From: Puniceicoccales bacterium
GTDB taxonomy: Bacteria; Verrucomicrobiota; Verrucomicrobiia; Opitutales; JAIRKQ01
Direction: 5' to 3'
DNA length: 64,000 nucleotides
NCBI GenBank assembly: GCA_031260055.1
Contig: JAIRKQ010000006.1
Location: 7,713 to 71,712, forward strand
Shown: in pieces, positions 1 through 9,671 of the stretch
Position numbering within the stretch: position 1 is the stretch's first letter
How the letters are laid out: each line of letters opens with the position of its first letter
The notes under the pieces: model-generated
Databases searched by the model: none
The model's input: only the letters and a program-made list of their open reading frames with translations
Told to the model about the DNA's origin: nothing
Program-made: the position numbers and the translations under genes

Positions 1-258
1 AACGTTGGACAATTCGTTCGGACCTTTATCTCTAAAAACAAGGACCGTTTTAACCATTAGGGCCGCTATGCCAGGGGATTCTTCGCATATGGTCAAAGCC
101 TCATTATAACGCTTCTTTTTCAATAGGGTAATTATGCCATCCAAAAATTGTCGAGATTTTACCTTTTTGCTACGGAGGAACAAAAACCTTTCCACGGTAT
201 ACAACACAAGTAATATCGACAAAATAAACAGCACCCATGCTGAAAGATTACACAACAT
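1..258 (-). CDS. MotA/TolQ/ExbB proton channel family protein (N-terminal part; 3' end runs off the window)
   Basis: Manual translation from ATG at 258: MLCNLSAWVLFILSILLVLYTVERFLFLRSKKVKSRQFLDGIITLLKKKRYNEALTICEESPG. A TM helix followed by ER-FL is typical of ExbB/TolQ. Not in the supplied ORF track. Confidence 0.7.
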   Translation of the reverse strand, partial: MLCNLSAWVLFILSILLVLYTVERFLFLRSKKVKSRQFLDGIITLLKKKRYNEALTICEESPGIAALMVKTVLVFRDKGPNELSNV

Positions 259-382
259 ACTCTTCACAGTTGCAATAAAAGTATAACCCTTATAAATTTC
301 AAATGAAATCTAATTTGTAAAATTGTAAATTTATTGCATAGTACGACAACCCACTTGCCATTGAAAAGATATATCGATTGGA

Positions 383-759
383 GGGAGATGATTTTGTAGT
401 AAGCCGGATTCTGTGTCATCGAATGACGATGTGTTCATTTATCTAATTTTGCAAAACTTTGCAAAATTCCTCTTTCGAGGTGCGACGAACCCGGAGTTAT
501 TGGGCTGGCTACCCAACTCCCTATTTCGTCTTGCACCGAATTGGGTTTGCCCTGCGCGACATTATTACTAACTCGCCGGTGAGCTCTTACCTCACCATTT
601 CACCCTTACCAAAGGCGGTATCTTTCTGTTGCACTGTTCCGTCATGGGACATATGGGCTCCATGCCCGCGTTTTCACGCGGAATCCTGCCATGGGGAGTC
701 CGGACTTTCCTCTCATGATATTCCACATGAGCGAACACATTCTTACAAAATCATCTCCC
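383..759 (-). ncRNA. rnpB: RNase P RNA, bacterial type A
   Basis: Minus strand has GAGGAAAGTCCGG, AGTGCAACAGAAA, GGTAAGGGTGAAA...GGTAAGAGC, GGCAAACCC...GCAAG and 3' ACAGAATCCGGCTTA. The ends pair as P1 (GGGAGATGATTTTGTA / TACAAAATCATCTCCC). Confidence 0.97.
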
Positions 760-822
760 AGTTTCTGGCAAAGTACTAAAGATTTTTAATCGGTAAAGAT
801 AAATTTCCAATTTTTATCCCAA

Positions 823-1404
823 TTAACTATCGATCAGAAGTTTCCTGTGGCTTATGGTGTAGGATACGCCCGACGCAACGGTTAAATATGTCGAATAGAG
901 GAACAATAGAATCCCACCATCACGTATCCATGAAATATAGTGAGGTTTTAGCCAACGCCCAAAATCACGGGTCAAGGCAAACCATAATATCATGATCCCA
1001 GTCGATACGATTTGAATGACTGTTTTTACTTTGCCCGACATATTCGCTGCGATTACTACGTTCTTTGTGGCAGCCACCAACCTTAGGGTTGTTATCAAAA
1101 ATTCACGGCCGATTACAAGCAGTATCAGGAATAGGGTCCACAGTGGTAAAATTCTTAGGGCTAAAAGTGCCACCATTATTCCTATCATGAATATTTTATC
1201 CATGAGCGCATCCATAAATGTCCCGAGAGTAGATATTATTTTGTACTTTCTCGCCAAATAGCCGTCCAACCAGTCCGTTATCCCGCAAAAGATGAAAAGA
1301 AGTATGCTCAAACTGGCGCTTCCTGGGAAATCGACATACATCAATAGCACAATTAAGAATAATAGGGGAATCCGTAATAGCGTTACCCAATTGGCCAAGT
1401 TCAT
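823..1404 (-). CDS. pgsA: CDP-diacylglycerol--glycerol-3-phosphate 3-phosphatidyltransferase
   Basis: NLANWVTLLR start and TDWLDGYLARK...GTFMDALMDK CDP-alcohol phosphatidyltransferase motif; hydrophobic. Confidence 0.93.
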   Translation of the reverse strand: MNLANWVTLLRIPLLFLIVLLMYVDFPGSASLSILLFIFCGITDWLDGYLARKYKIISTLGTFMDALMDKIFMIGIMVALLALRILPLWTLFLILLVIGREFLITTLRLVAATKNVVIAANMSGKVKTVIQIVSTGIMILWFALTRDFGRWLKPHYISWIRDGGILLFLYSTYLTVASGVSYTISHRKLLIDS

Positions 1405-1471
1405 TAAGCCAGTGATGAAAACAAAAAAAAAGATTGTTGCAACTCAAAACCTTAATTTTTCTATAATTTCC

Positions 1472-2308
1472 ATGGTCGAAGAGATTGCATTCGTGGTCAT
1501 GGCTGCCGGTATTGGCAGTAGATACAATGGGACAAAGCAATTGGAAACATTTGGAGAAAGCAAACTGACAATTGCCGAGTATAACGTACAACATGCCATC
1601 GATGTGGGTTTTAGGCAGTTTTATTTCGTGATAGACGACAAATTTGCAGAGATTTTTCACGGACGATTGAAAAATTTCTTACCATCAAATTGCAAATTCG
1701 AATTAATATACCAAAAAAAAGAAGAGGCACTGACAAAATTTTGTAACCGTAAAAAGCCATGGGGGACCGCCCATGCTATCATGTGCTGTGGTCGGATAGT
1801 ATGTTGCAATTTCTGCGTAACGAATGCGGATGATCTCTATGGCCATGATGCAATATTTCGCATGGCCGAATTTTTGCGATCCGCCGAAAAAAAATCCAAA
1901 ACCTTTGCTAACATGGCCTATGCTTTGGCAGAAACATTGTCTGGGAACGGTGTTGTTTCCCGCGGTGTGCTTTCCACCGACGGAGATTCCTATTTGACTT
2001 CCATCGACGAAGTGCACGGGTTGGCCATGGATGCCGATAAGGGGACTACTCTTTTGAAAGATTCACTGGTATCAATGAACCTTTGGGGGTTCACGCCCGA
2101 AGTTTTTAAATTACTGGAGGAGGGATGGCGCAAATTTAAACAAAATGTCTCAGATATTGCGAACGATGAGTTTGGAATATCTAATTTCATAAGTTCAGCG
2201 GTTAAAGAAGGCCAGTGCAGTGTTAAAATTATCAATACCAGTTCCAAGTGGCATGGTATTACATATCAAACGGATAGGGCACTGATCGAAAAGATACTAA
2301 GCGAATGA
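1472..2308 (+). CDS. Sugar-phosphate nucleotidyltransferase (NTP_transferase family)
   Basis: VMAAGIGSRY..KQ, KPWGTAHA, NADDLYG and VSMNLWGF motifs. Start moved to ATG 1472 because the longer ORF overlaps pgsA head to head. Confidence 0.85.
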   Translation: MVEEIAFVVMAAGIGSRYNGTKQLETFGESKLTIAEYNVQHAIDVGFRQFYFVIDDKFAEIFHGRLKNFLPSNCKFELIYQKKEEALTKFCNRKKPWGTAHAIMCCGRIVCCNFCVTNADDLYGHDAIFRMAEFLRSAEKKSKTFANMAYALAETLSGNGVVSRGVLSTDGDSYLTSIDEVHGLAMDADKGTTLLKDSLVSMNLWGFTPEVFKLLEEGWRKFKQNVSDIANDEFGISNFISSAVKEGQCSVKIINTSSKWHGITYQTDRALIEKILSE

Positions 2309-2312
2309 TGCC

Positions 2313-2891
2313 ATGGGTACCGTAGAAACAAGGGGTATAGTTATCAGCGTCCAAAAAAATGAACAATCGAAAAAAATTCTCTCCATGGATATTTTTACCA
2401 TCGACTATGGTATCATGCGATGGTTTATTAAATCCCCGTTTGACCACTTCAGGGATTACATGTTCGAAGATGTCGAAGTTATCGGCAATAAAATAACCGA
2501 AACGGCCGGGAAAGTGCATAATTTAACCATAGCGTCGAACAATTCTAATGCCATGAAACAAAATGGAAACTATCAAAAGGCTGAGGTTTTTGTTAAAATT
2601 TTACGAAAAGTTACCTTCGATGGTGTACTCCTGGAAAATTTGTTTGTGATTACAAGACAGACGATTAAAAATTTTGTATCAAATTTCAACGCTGACGTGG
2701 TGTTGCTAAAGGCTCTATACTTGCTCTGTCGGGAAGAAGGCTATGCCGTTGATTCCACTTGGATGCATTCCTTGTCCCCCTGCGATAGAATGCTAGCCAA
2801 AAATATCATCGCTTCCAAGTTTGACGCAAACATTGACCACAGAGCTTCTCACCTCATCGATTCGTTACAAACATGGCTTCTCTCTCTCTAA
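2313..2891 (+). CDS. recO: RecO-like DNA repair protein (divergent)
   Basis: OB-fold-like N-terminus (TRGIVIS...IFTIDYG) and a helical C-terminus with LLKALYLLCREEGY, which resembles Opitutia RecO-like proteins. Confidence 0.55.
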   Translation: MGTVETRGIVISVQKNEQSKKILSMDIFTIDYGIMRWFIKSPFDHFRDYMFEDVEVIGNKITETAGKVHNLTIASNNSNAMKQNGNYQKAEVFVKILRKVTFDGVLLENLFVITRQTIKNFVSNFNADVVLLKALYLLCREEGYAVDSTWMHSLSPCDRMLAKNIIASKFDANIDHRASHLIDSLQTWLLSL

Positions 2892-2975
2892 GGAAGGATC
2901 ATTGTGCCGGTGGGAAATTGACCAAAAAAATATTTAGAAAAAACATGAAAAAGTTATTTGGAACAGGAGAACTTT

Positions 2976-3293
2976 ATGCAAAGTGATTATATAATTGTTT
3001 TAACAACTGTAGGCTCTAGGAAACTTGCTGAAGATCTCGCAAGGGGTATGATTGGTAAGCGATTGGCAGCCTGTGTCCAAATTCAGCGAATAGAAAGTTT
3101 CTATGCCTGGATGGACAACATAGAGTATGGCAGCGAACATCTTCTGTCCATCAAAACCAAGGCCGCATTGTTCGAAGATCTCTCTCGATTCATTTTGCAA
3201 AACCACGACTACCGCATTCCGGAAATAGTACAAATCCCCATTGTAAAAGGGGCCGACCCATACTTAGAGTGGATTAAAGCAGCAACCAAATGA
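2976..3293 (+). CDS. cutA: Divalent-cation tolerance protein CutA
   Basis: LAACVQI, SFYAW..E..E..L.IKT and HDYRIPEIV motifs; AGGAGA RBS before ATG 2976. Confidence 0.95.
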   Translation: MQSDYIIVLTTVGSRKLAEDLARGMIGKRLAACVQIQRIESFYAWMDNIEYGSEHLLSIKTKAALFEDLSRFILQNHDYRIPEIVQIPIVKGADPYLEWIKAATK

Positions 3294-3355
3294 TTACGGA
3301 CAAAAATTGTTTGCGTAAAAAATACGTTAAAGCTTGCAATTTATGAAAAAGTATT

Positions 3356-4390
3356 ATGATTTTAAGTATGGAAGCAATTGTAACCCCGCTAGCACTTGAG
3401 GGTTCACAAAAAGTACGGAATCCACTTGGCGCTGGTGTTTATATTCCAAAGAGAAATACTCATGGAACGATACCCACTGAGAAAAAATGCAAAGATGCCG
3501 ATTTAAATGAGCGACACACAGGGCATGTTCCCAGCCCAGCCCAAAGGGAAAAAATATTCAAACTTACGCAGCAAGTTATCGCTAAGACCTGTAGTTTTGC
3601 GGATGGAGTATCGCTGATTTTAGATGCCAATGGTTTTGAGACTACAAAAAACGTACTTGACGCACTCTCAAATGCTGTGCGATTTGTATTACCAAGGTCT
3701 GGTCATCCAATCGGAAAATATTTTTACAACGTTGAAAAAAAAGAGATCGTATTTAAAAGATTGATCCTGTCCATATCATCAACATGTAAAATAGTTGTTA
3801 AACTTGCGCCCCAATTAATACGTTTACAGGCACTGTCAAAACTGTTTCCGCATATCAGCTTGATCTTAGATCTCGCAGAGTTAGGGCTTAATTATAAGAA
3901 TTTTACCAAAGATGGGCTGACCACAAAAAATGCATTAAAAATAGCTGTTGCTCTATGCTATCATGCCATTTCATGTGCAACATTTGCAATAGCTGGTGCT
4001 AGCGGAACAATATTTGCCTGTGTTTTTGCGGCACGCTTAGCTATATTTTTCAGCTCGCTAGTGGATGAAGGCATGAAAGATACAGCCTTGATCATGCAGC
4101 CAATCGACAAGCTATGGTTTAACAAAAAACTCGCCAAAAATGTTTACTCATTATATGAGTCTGCCTGTCTTGATCCAGGTGGATTTCAACATCAAACAGA
4201 CTGGGGAAGAATGATATGTCTCTCGGTGATTGGCTTAAATTTGTGCAAATCCGCTGCATCTGCAGTTGTAAAACTTATTAGGAACAGCCGAGAAACATCG
4301 GAAACGAACATAACTGAAGTAACACAGCAAGGGAAAGAAGCCATAGAGGATAAAATGAGAATTTATCGATATCTAAAGACCGCGAATTAA
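3356..4390 (+). CDS. Hypothetical protein with a long hydrophobic segment
   Basis: 344-aa ORF fills the gap between cutA and ogt; no recognisable family; ~44-aa hydrophobic stretch. Confidence 0.75.
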   Translation: MILSMEAIVTPLALEGSQKVRNPLGAGVYIPKRNTHGTIPTEKKCKDADLNERHTGHVPSPAQREKIFKLTQQVIAKTCSFADGVSLILDANGFETTKNVLDALSNAVRFVLPRSGHPIGKYFYNVEKKEIVFKRLILSISSTCKIVVKLAPQLIRLQALSKLFPHISLILDLAELGLNYKNFTKDGLTTKNALKIAVALCYHAISCATFAIAGASGTIFACVFAARLAIFFSSLVDEGMKDTALIMQPIDKLWFNKKLAKNVYSLYESACLDPGGFQHQTDWGRMICLSVIGLNLCKSAASAVVKLIRNSRETSETNITEVTQQGKEAIEDKMRIYRYLKTAN

Positions 4391-4449
4391 CGGCGACAAT
4401 AAGACATAATGAACAGCTTTCCATGCCAAAACATAGAACCGCAAACAAA

Positions 4450-4923
4450 TTACAATAAACCATGAGTATGCTTCGCTTCCAATCCTAGGAGACAGGCTTT
4501 AATACTAATACCTCCGCCATAGCCGGTAAGGTTTCCACTTGCCCCGATAATTCTATGGCAAGGAATTACTATGGAAATTGGATTCCGATGGCAAGCCATT
4601 CCCACTGCTCGGTATGCTTTTCTTTTACCTATCATTCTCGCTATGTCTCCATAGGTTGCCGTTTGACCATATGGGATTTTTAGCAAGGCTTTCCAGGTAG
4701 ATTTTTGGAAATCTGTCCCCAAGAACTTCAATGGAAGATTAAAAATTTTTCTTTTCCAAGCGAAGTATTCGGAAAGCTGCCTGAAAGCTTCATTGATGAT
4801 AGGAACATTTACACAATTTGCCGAAGAAGTTACCCCAAAATCAATGCCGATTATGTGGTCATCTTCAGCCGTTATTGTCAATGGGCCAATGTCTGTTTCA
4901 TGGAAAATTGCATTTTGTCTCAT
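4450..4923 (-). CDS. ogt: Methylated-DNA--protein-cysteine methyltransferase
   Basis: GTDFQKSTW.AL..IPYGQT.TY, RAVGMA..NP...IPCHR active-site motif. Confidence 0.96.
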   Translation of the reverse strand: MRQNAIFHETDIGPLTITAEDDHIIGIDFGVTSSANCVNVPIINEAFRQLSEYFAWKRKIFNLPLKFLGTDFQKSTWKALLKIPYGQTATYGDIARMIGKRKAYRAVGMACHRNPISIVIPCHRIIGASGNLTGYGGGISIKACLLGLEAKHTHGLL

Positions 4924-4962
4924 CGCCTAAGGATTTATTTATGGTTGTTCGAAAAATTGTGG

Positions 4963-5514
4963 TCAAGAAACCGAAAAAGTAGACACAAATTTGTTATCTC
5001 GTATGTAAAAACGCCAGGGATAGTTTGTTGCTCGACGAATGCCCACCCTGGTCGTTTGTACAATGTTTTCCGGCAAAATAGGAGTAGCCCGTTCTATCCA
5101 AATGTTCCCTTCCCGACGGGTCAAATCCCGCCCATTACAATGGAGATCGATACCCATTGCGCGGCATAATTTCCCGGGACCATTTGTCCCCGAAAGACCA
5201 TTAAGCCCTTCCAATGCGCGAATCAGAACGGCGCTGCCATAATCCTCCCTGTCGGTAACGATATTCAAGCAATGGTACATGCCATAGATGAAATAAACGT
5301 AGACAACCCCAGGCCGTTGGAACATTACCTTGGTCCGTGGAGTACATCCACGGAAAGCATGGGATGCGGGATCTTCCTGGGTATAGGCTTCGGTTTCGAC
5401 GATGCAACCTTGCAAGATAGTATTTCCAATGGATCGGCAAAGCACTTGACCGAGTAGTTCACGGGCGACAATCAAGGTGTCGCGAGCATAAAAATCCCTT
5501 GGGAGCATGGCCAT
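4963..5514 (-). CDS. mpg: DNA-3-methyladenine glycosylase (MPG/AAG family)
   Basis: VARELLG, IVETEAY, YVYFIYGMYHCLNIV, NGPGKLC, RVGI..A...PWRF. Confidence 0.95.
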   Translation of the reverse strand: MAMLPRDFYARDTLIVARELLGQVLCRSIGNTILQGCIVETEAYTQEDPASHAFRGCTPRTKVMFQRPGVVYVYFIYGMYHCLNIVTDREDYGSAVLIRALEGLNGLSGTNGPGKLCRAMGIDLHCNGRDLTRREGNIWIERATPILPENIVQTTRVGIRRATNYPWRFYIRDNKFVSTFSVS

Positions 5515-5541
5515 CGAACGGTCAAGTTTCGAGAGTTTTAT

Positions 5542-6522
5542 TCAGGCTGCAACAACATTTTTATTCGTACCAAACATCCCTATCCTGCGAAATTTTTGAT
5601 ATCTTGCATCTAGCAGACTTTTTTTGTCAAGTTTTAATAATTTTTGCAAATGTTTGACGATCGCATTTTTAATGGCATTTGCCGTAAAATCGCAATCGTT
5701 ATGGGCACCACCAAGTGGCTCATATATTATTTCATCCGCCACACCAAAATCTACAAGCTTTTTGGAAGACAGCTGCAAGGCTTTTGCTGCATCGGGAGCT
5801 TTTACTTTGTCATTCCAAAGGATAGCAGCACATCCTTCGGGAGAAATAACAGAATAGTAGGCATTTTCGAGAATGAGAACCCTATCCGCCACCGCTATTC
5901 CTAAGGCCCCACCCGAACCTCCTTCGCCGATGAACACAGAAATTATGGGGCTGCCGATCGATGACATCTCCCGCAAATTTACGGCGATTGATTCCGCCAC
6001 ATGTCTTTCTTCGGATTCAATGCCGGGAAATGCTCCGGGTGTATCGACAAACGTCACTATTGGCATGTTGAATTTTTCTGCCAACCTCATCAAGCGCAAC
6101 GCTTTTCGATAACCTTCTGGCTTTTGCATACCAAAGTTTCGCCGTATGTTTTCCTTGATCGATCTTCCCTTCTGCTGAGCGATGACCATGATCGGCATAC
6201 CGTCGCAGGTAGCCACTCCGCAAACCATGGAATTGTCATCGGCATATGACCTATCGCCATGCAACTCTTGGAAGTTCAAAAATATTCTATCTATATAATC
6301 CAGTGAGTATGGTCTCTGAGGATGTCGGGCGATTTGTACTCTTTGCCATGCGTTCAAATCGGCATATACTTTTTTTTTAGTTTCCTCTATTTTTTTTTTC
6401 AGAGATATGATTTCTTCCGAAAAATCGATGTCGGAAACTGCCGCACGTTCGTTTAAGATCTCCAGTTGATTAGCGAGATTGTAAATCGGTTTTTCAAAAT
6501 CCAAAACAAACTTCTGATTCAT
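5542..6522 (-). CDS. accA: Acetyl-CoA carboxylase carboxyltransferase alpha subunit
   Basis: ARHPQRP, HGDR, DTPGAFPG, GEGGSGGAL, YSVISPEGCAAILW. Confidence 0.98.
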   Translation of the reverse strand: MNQKFVLDFEKPIYNLANQLEILNERAAVSDIDFSEEIISLKKKIEETKKKVYADLNAWQRVQIARHPQRPYSLDYIDRIFLNFQELHGDRSYADDNSMVCGVATCDGMPIMVIAQQKGRSIKENIRRNFGMQKPEGYRKALRLMRLAEKFNMPIVTFVDTPGAFPGIESEERHVAESIAVNLREMSSIGSPIISVFIGEGGSGGALGIAVADRVLILENAYYSVISPEGCAAILWNDKVKAPDAAKALQLSSKKLVDFGVADEIIYEPLGGAHNDCDFTANAIKNAIVKHLQKLLKLDKKSLLDARYQKFRRIGMFGTNKNVVAA

Positions 6523-6571
6523 GACCTATAATTTAAGCAAAGGGTAAAAATTGCAATAAATTTAGCACAAC

Positions 6572-9331
6572 CTAATATAAATCCGTCGTGGCGAGAGGAA
6601 CGTCTTTGATGACAAACTGCCGAAAGATTTTTCCTAAAATTTGCCGTTCGATAAGGCCTGTACAAATTGTTTGGGATAATTTTTCCAGCAACTCGGGAAC
6701 CTGTTCCAAGATATAATCAATATCAATGGAAGTGTTTGCGATGCTACTGTCAGGTTTCAGCATTAATATTCCTACGGTTTTGAATCCTAAAGTTTTTAAA
6801 GCAATGCCATAGAGTAAAAGTTGCAGTCCGGAATATCGTTCCATGTGCCATTTGACATTTCGTTCCGTCATTTCGACATTGCTTCCGGTCTTGAAATCTA
6901 TGATCACCGTATCTGTATCAAAATGGTTCGCATCGTGTGGATTTCCGTTGCTAATAACAAAATCTAGCCGCCCTGATAGGCAAAGTCCTTCATCCTTTAT
7001 TTTAACCGTAAGGTCCGACGGAAGGGAATATTCACTGCGGAAAGATTCCCAACTGGGTATGGCAAAAAGTTTATCCACCAGGCGTTTGGCCCAAATGGTT
7101 GCCAAATCTACGGTTCGAGAAAAGTTGGCTGGCACATCTGTATCTGCGGCAGCGCAGGCCCGGGCCATCATACTTTTCATGCGACTGGAGCGTGATCGTA
7201 TGTTTCCATAGAAAATGTCCGGCGAATGTTTCCGAATAAAAATGCTTTTCGCCTCAAAAATTTGTAGAAATTCGTGGGTAAATGAACCGAGTGCAATTTT
7301 TTTATCGAAAGGTTTTGAGTACCAGGGCATCATTGGCAATTTTAAAACGAAATCATAGAAGCCGGTACAGGGTTTTTGCAATATACGTTCAAGTGTACTA
7401 CAGGAAAGTTTTAAGGTCGGATCGATGGCAAAACAGTAGTCGTGTATGTTTTGGGATAGATCATGCCTCGTCGTGTAGGAAGTTGTACATTTTTCCATGC
7501 TTTCAATGTCTTCACTGCTAAGGCTATCATCTGAGAAGCGGGTCAAGGTGTCAGGAATGAATTCGAGCAGTAGGTCCTCCTGATCCTTTGAGTAAAATTC
7601 CTTCTGGACCAAACGGAATATTTCGGTAAAAACTTTTGCCGGTTCTTGCTCGACGCTGTCACTGGAATGATTTTTTATGGCATAGGACAAGGTCAATTTA
7701 CATTTTTTGCACAGGATTTCAAATATGGTTCGCTGCAAATGCTTCTTTTCCTGAGAAGTTAATAAATAATTGTGGGAATGTTTAACGGCGGGATCACCGG
7801 AATTTAAGCGGATTGTTGTACGGTTGTTGATTCTATCAATTATGTTGGTGGGAAGCCAGTAATTTTCTCCGGAAAAATCAAAATCCGCAGCAGTCATCCC
7901 GACAACAAATATATCCGTGAAATCTTGTTTGTAGGCGGAATTTATGTTGATGAGAACGATATTCGCCTGGGGGTTCAATGTGTAATCTTGGTTTTTAGAA
8001 GTAGCCGATGCCACAAAATATTTGACCAAATTTCTCTTGGAAAAAACTCTTTCAGCAATGGGACCATTCGACTGTTCTACCAAAAATTCTACCATTTCCG
8101 GAGGTAAAATATCGCCAAATGCCTTCGCGAATTTTTGGTGAAAATTTTTAAAAGAAAACTTTGCCCCGTGCATATCATAGGGTTCAACGATGTCAAAAGA
8201 GTGTATGTTTTTTACGTTGGCGAATTCCAACACAACGTCGAAATTGTCTGACAAACAACCTCCCTGGAGCGATGGCAAATCGCCAATAATTTTATCAAAT
8301 TGTTCCCGTTCGATTAGGTTATTCGTTGACAATTCTGCACAAAATCTGCAAAAGCTTGGGATATCTCTTCTAATTTGCCAATCACCCCACAGGGACAGGA
8401 TTGTTTCGTGTTTTGCTGATTTTTTAGGATGCCCGATGGTATTGTAATAGGATAGGCCGGCTGCTTCCAGTTTATCCACTAGCATCGGCAGCTGAATAGT
8501 TTGATTATCCTTGAAACACACACCTATTTTCACCGAAGTATCCCGAGATAAAAGTTGTAAAATTTGATTAAATGTTGTTTCGACTTCGTCACATATCGTA
8601 TCATAGGCTTGAAACTTTATGTTTCCCCCGAAATCACGGTCCCCATTGCATAGGTAAAATGTGCTTTCGCCAAAAATTCTTTCCAGGGTATTTGTCCATA
8701 GGTGGACAAACTCTGCATCTCCGAAGTCATAGGTAATTGCATCCGTTTGTGCATAACACTTAGCGGCAGCCTCCATCAACACTTTGGCACTGTCAAAGGG
8801 TAAAAAACCATAGAAAATTACTTGCCCAGCCATGGAGGTTTTACAGTAAGATGCAGATTCTAGCAATAATCTGTCAACATCCTGCTCTAAAATAAAATCG
8901 TTGGAAGCGATTTCCTTCTTCAGGTCCTTAAAGAATGCACACAGGTCTTCGCCCAGTATATTCTCACATTGTAGACCTGACCACAAGGTTTCATGGAATG
9001 CTTGTAGGGTTGCCTTTTTGTCCGCAATAATTGTGCGTTGCGTATAACCACTGGCGCTCATCCCGTCAGACACTTCATCGAAACAAAAGCTAACCATGCC
9101 ATTTGTGCAGATCTTTTTTGGTAGGTCAAACTCTACCGCCAAGTATTTCCTAAATTCATGGGCCGTATAAAATTTTATGGAGCGGGTTTGGACTTTGTTT
9201 TGCGAAAGAATTATTTTCAAAGACCATATGTCATCGTAGGTGGGTATGACAAATATAACCTCCGAGCTATGAAAAATATGGGGTATTTCATTGATAAAAT
9301 TCGAAAAATTTTCGATGACATAGGTTGCCAT
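6572..9331 (-). CDS. AddB/RecB-like protein: degenerate helicase scaffold with a C-terminal PD-(D/E)XK nuclease
   Basis: C-terminal LSCSTLE...PC.GF, ALGSFTHEFL, LSGRLDF...IIDFKTG...QLLLYG (RecB-family nuclease motifs); no intact Walker A. Confidence 0.7.
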   Translation of the reverse strand: MATYVIENFSNFINEIPHIFHSSEVIFVIPTYDDIWSLKIILSQNKVQTRSIKFYTAHEFRKYLAVEFDLPKKICTNGMVSFCFDEVSDGMSASGYTQRTIIADKKATLQAFHETLWSGLQCENILGEDLCAFFKDLKKEIASNDFILEQDVDRLLLESASYCKTSMAGQVIFYGFLPFDSAKVLMEAAAKCYAQTDAITYDFGDAEFVHLWTNTLERIFGESTFYLCNGDRDFGGNIKFQAYDTICDEVETTFNQILQLLSRDTSVKIGVCFKDNQTIQLPMLVDKLEAAGLSYYNTIGHPKKSAKHETILSLWGDWQIRRDIPSFCRFCAELSTNNLIEREQFDKIIGDLPSLQGGCLSDNFDVVLEFANVKNIHSFDIVEPYDMHGAKFSFKNFHQKFAKAFGDILPPEMVEFLVEQSNGPIAERVFSKRNLVKYFVASATSKNQDYTLNPQANIVLININSAYKQDFTDIFVVGMTAADFDFSGENYWLPTNIIDRINNRTTIRLNSGDPAVKHSHNYLLTSQEKKHLQRTIFEILCKKCKLTLSYAIKNHSSDSVEQEPAKVFTEIFRLVQKEFYSKDQEDLLLEFIPDTLTRFSDDSLSSEDIESMEKCTTSYTTRHDLSQNIHDYCFAIDPTLKLSCSTLERILQKPCTGFYDFVLKLPMMPWYSKPFDKKIALGSFTHEFLQIFEAKSIFIRKHSPDIFYGNIRSRSSRMKSMMARACAAADTDVPANFSRTVDLATIWAKRLVDKLFAIPSWESFRSEYSLPSDLTVKIKDEGLCLSGRLDFVISNGNPHDANHFDTDTVIIDFKTGSNVEMTERNVKWHMERYSGLQLLLYGIALKTLGFKTVGILMLKPDSSIANTSIDIDYILEQVPELLEKLSQTICTGLIERQILGKIFRQFVIKDVPLATTDLY

Positions 9332-9338
9332 ATAAAAC

Positions 9339-9659
9339 CTATTCCTTCCATGCCGTTCGCACCGTTGGAATTCCTACCTTCCGAGAATGGGATCGTCTAT
9401 ATTGGTATCTATTAAGGTTTTGCATGGTTATTTGTCTATCACGTTCTCTCAAGGAATTCAAGTCTGTACGAAATTTTGAAACCCTGAACTTTTTAGATAG
9501 TGATCTAAATCCCATACTACTATTCCCTTGGTAGGAGTATATCTGAGGGTTGTCGCTGGAATGGCTAGATTTAAGCCGCCTATGGATCGGAAATGCAGCA
9601 ATATCTACTGTGCAAAACGTACCCACCAAGCAAATAATTAAGCAAACGTTACATTTCAT
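9339..9659 (-). CDS. Small secreted basic hypothetical protein
   Basis: Signal-peptide-like N-terminus followed by an Arg/Ser/Lys-rich region; fits the gap between pfp and the AddB-like gene. Confidence 0.55.
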   Translation of the reverse strand: MKCNVCLIICLVGTFCTVDIAAFPIHRRLKSSHSSDNPQIYSYQGNSSMGFRSLSKKFRVSKFRTDLNSLRERDRQITMQNLNRYQYRRSHSRKVGIPTVRTAWKE

Positions 9660-9671
9660 TCGAAAACATGC

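Noticed and set aside
459-779. 106-aa ORF on the + strand
   Set aside because: Antisense shadow of rnpB
1292-1471. 60-aa N-terminal extension of the nucleotidyltransferase
   Set aside because: Overlaps pgsA on the opposite strand; family motifs begin after ATG 1472
6370-6399. T9 and T10 homopolymers in accA as phase-variation sites
   Set aside because: The gene is essential and in frame; poly-Lys codon runs are common in AT-rich genomes
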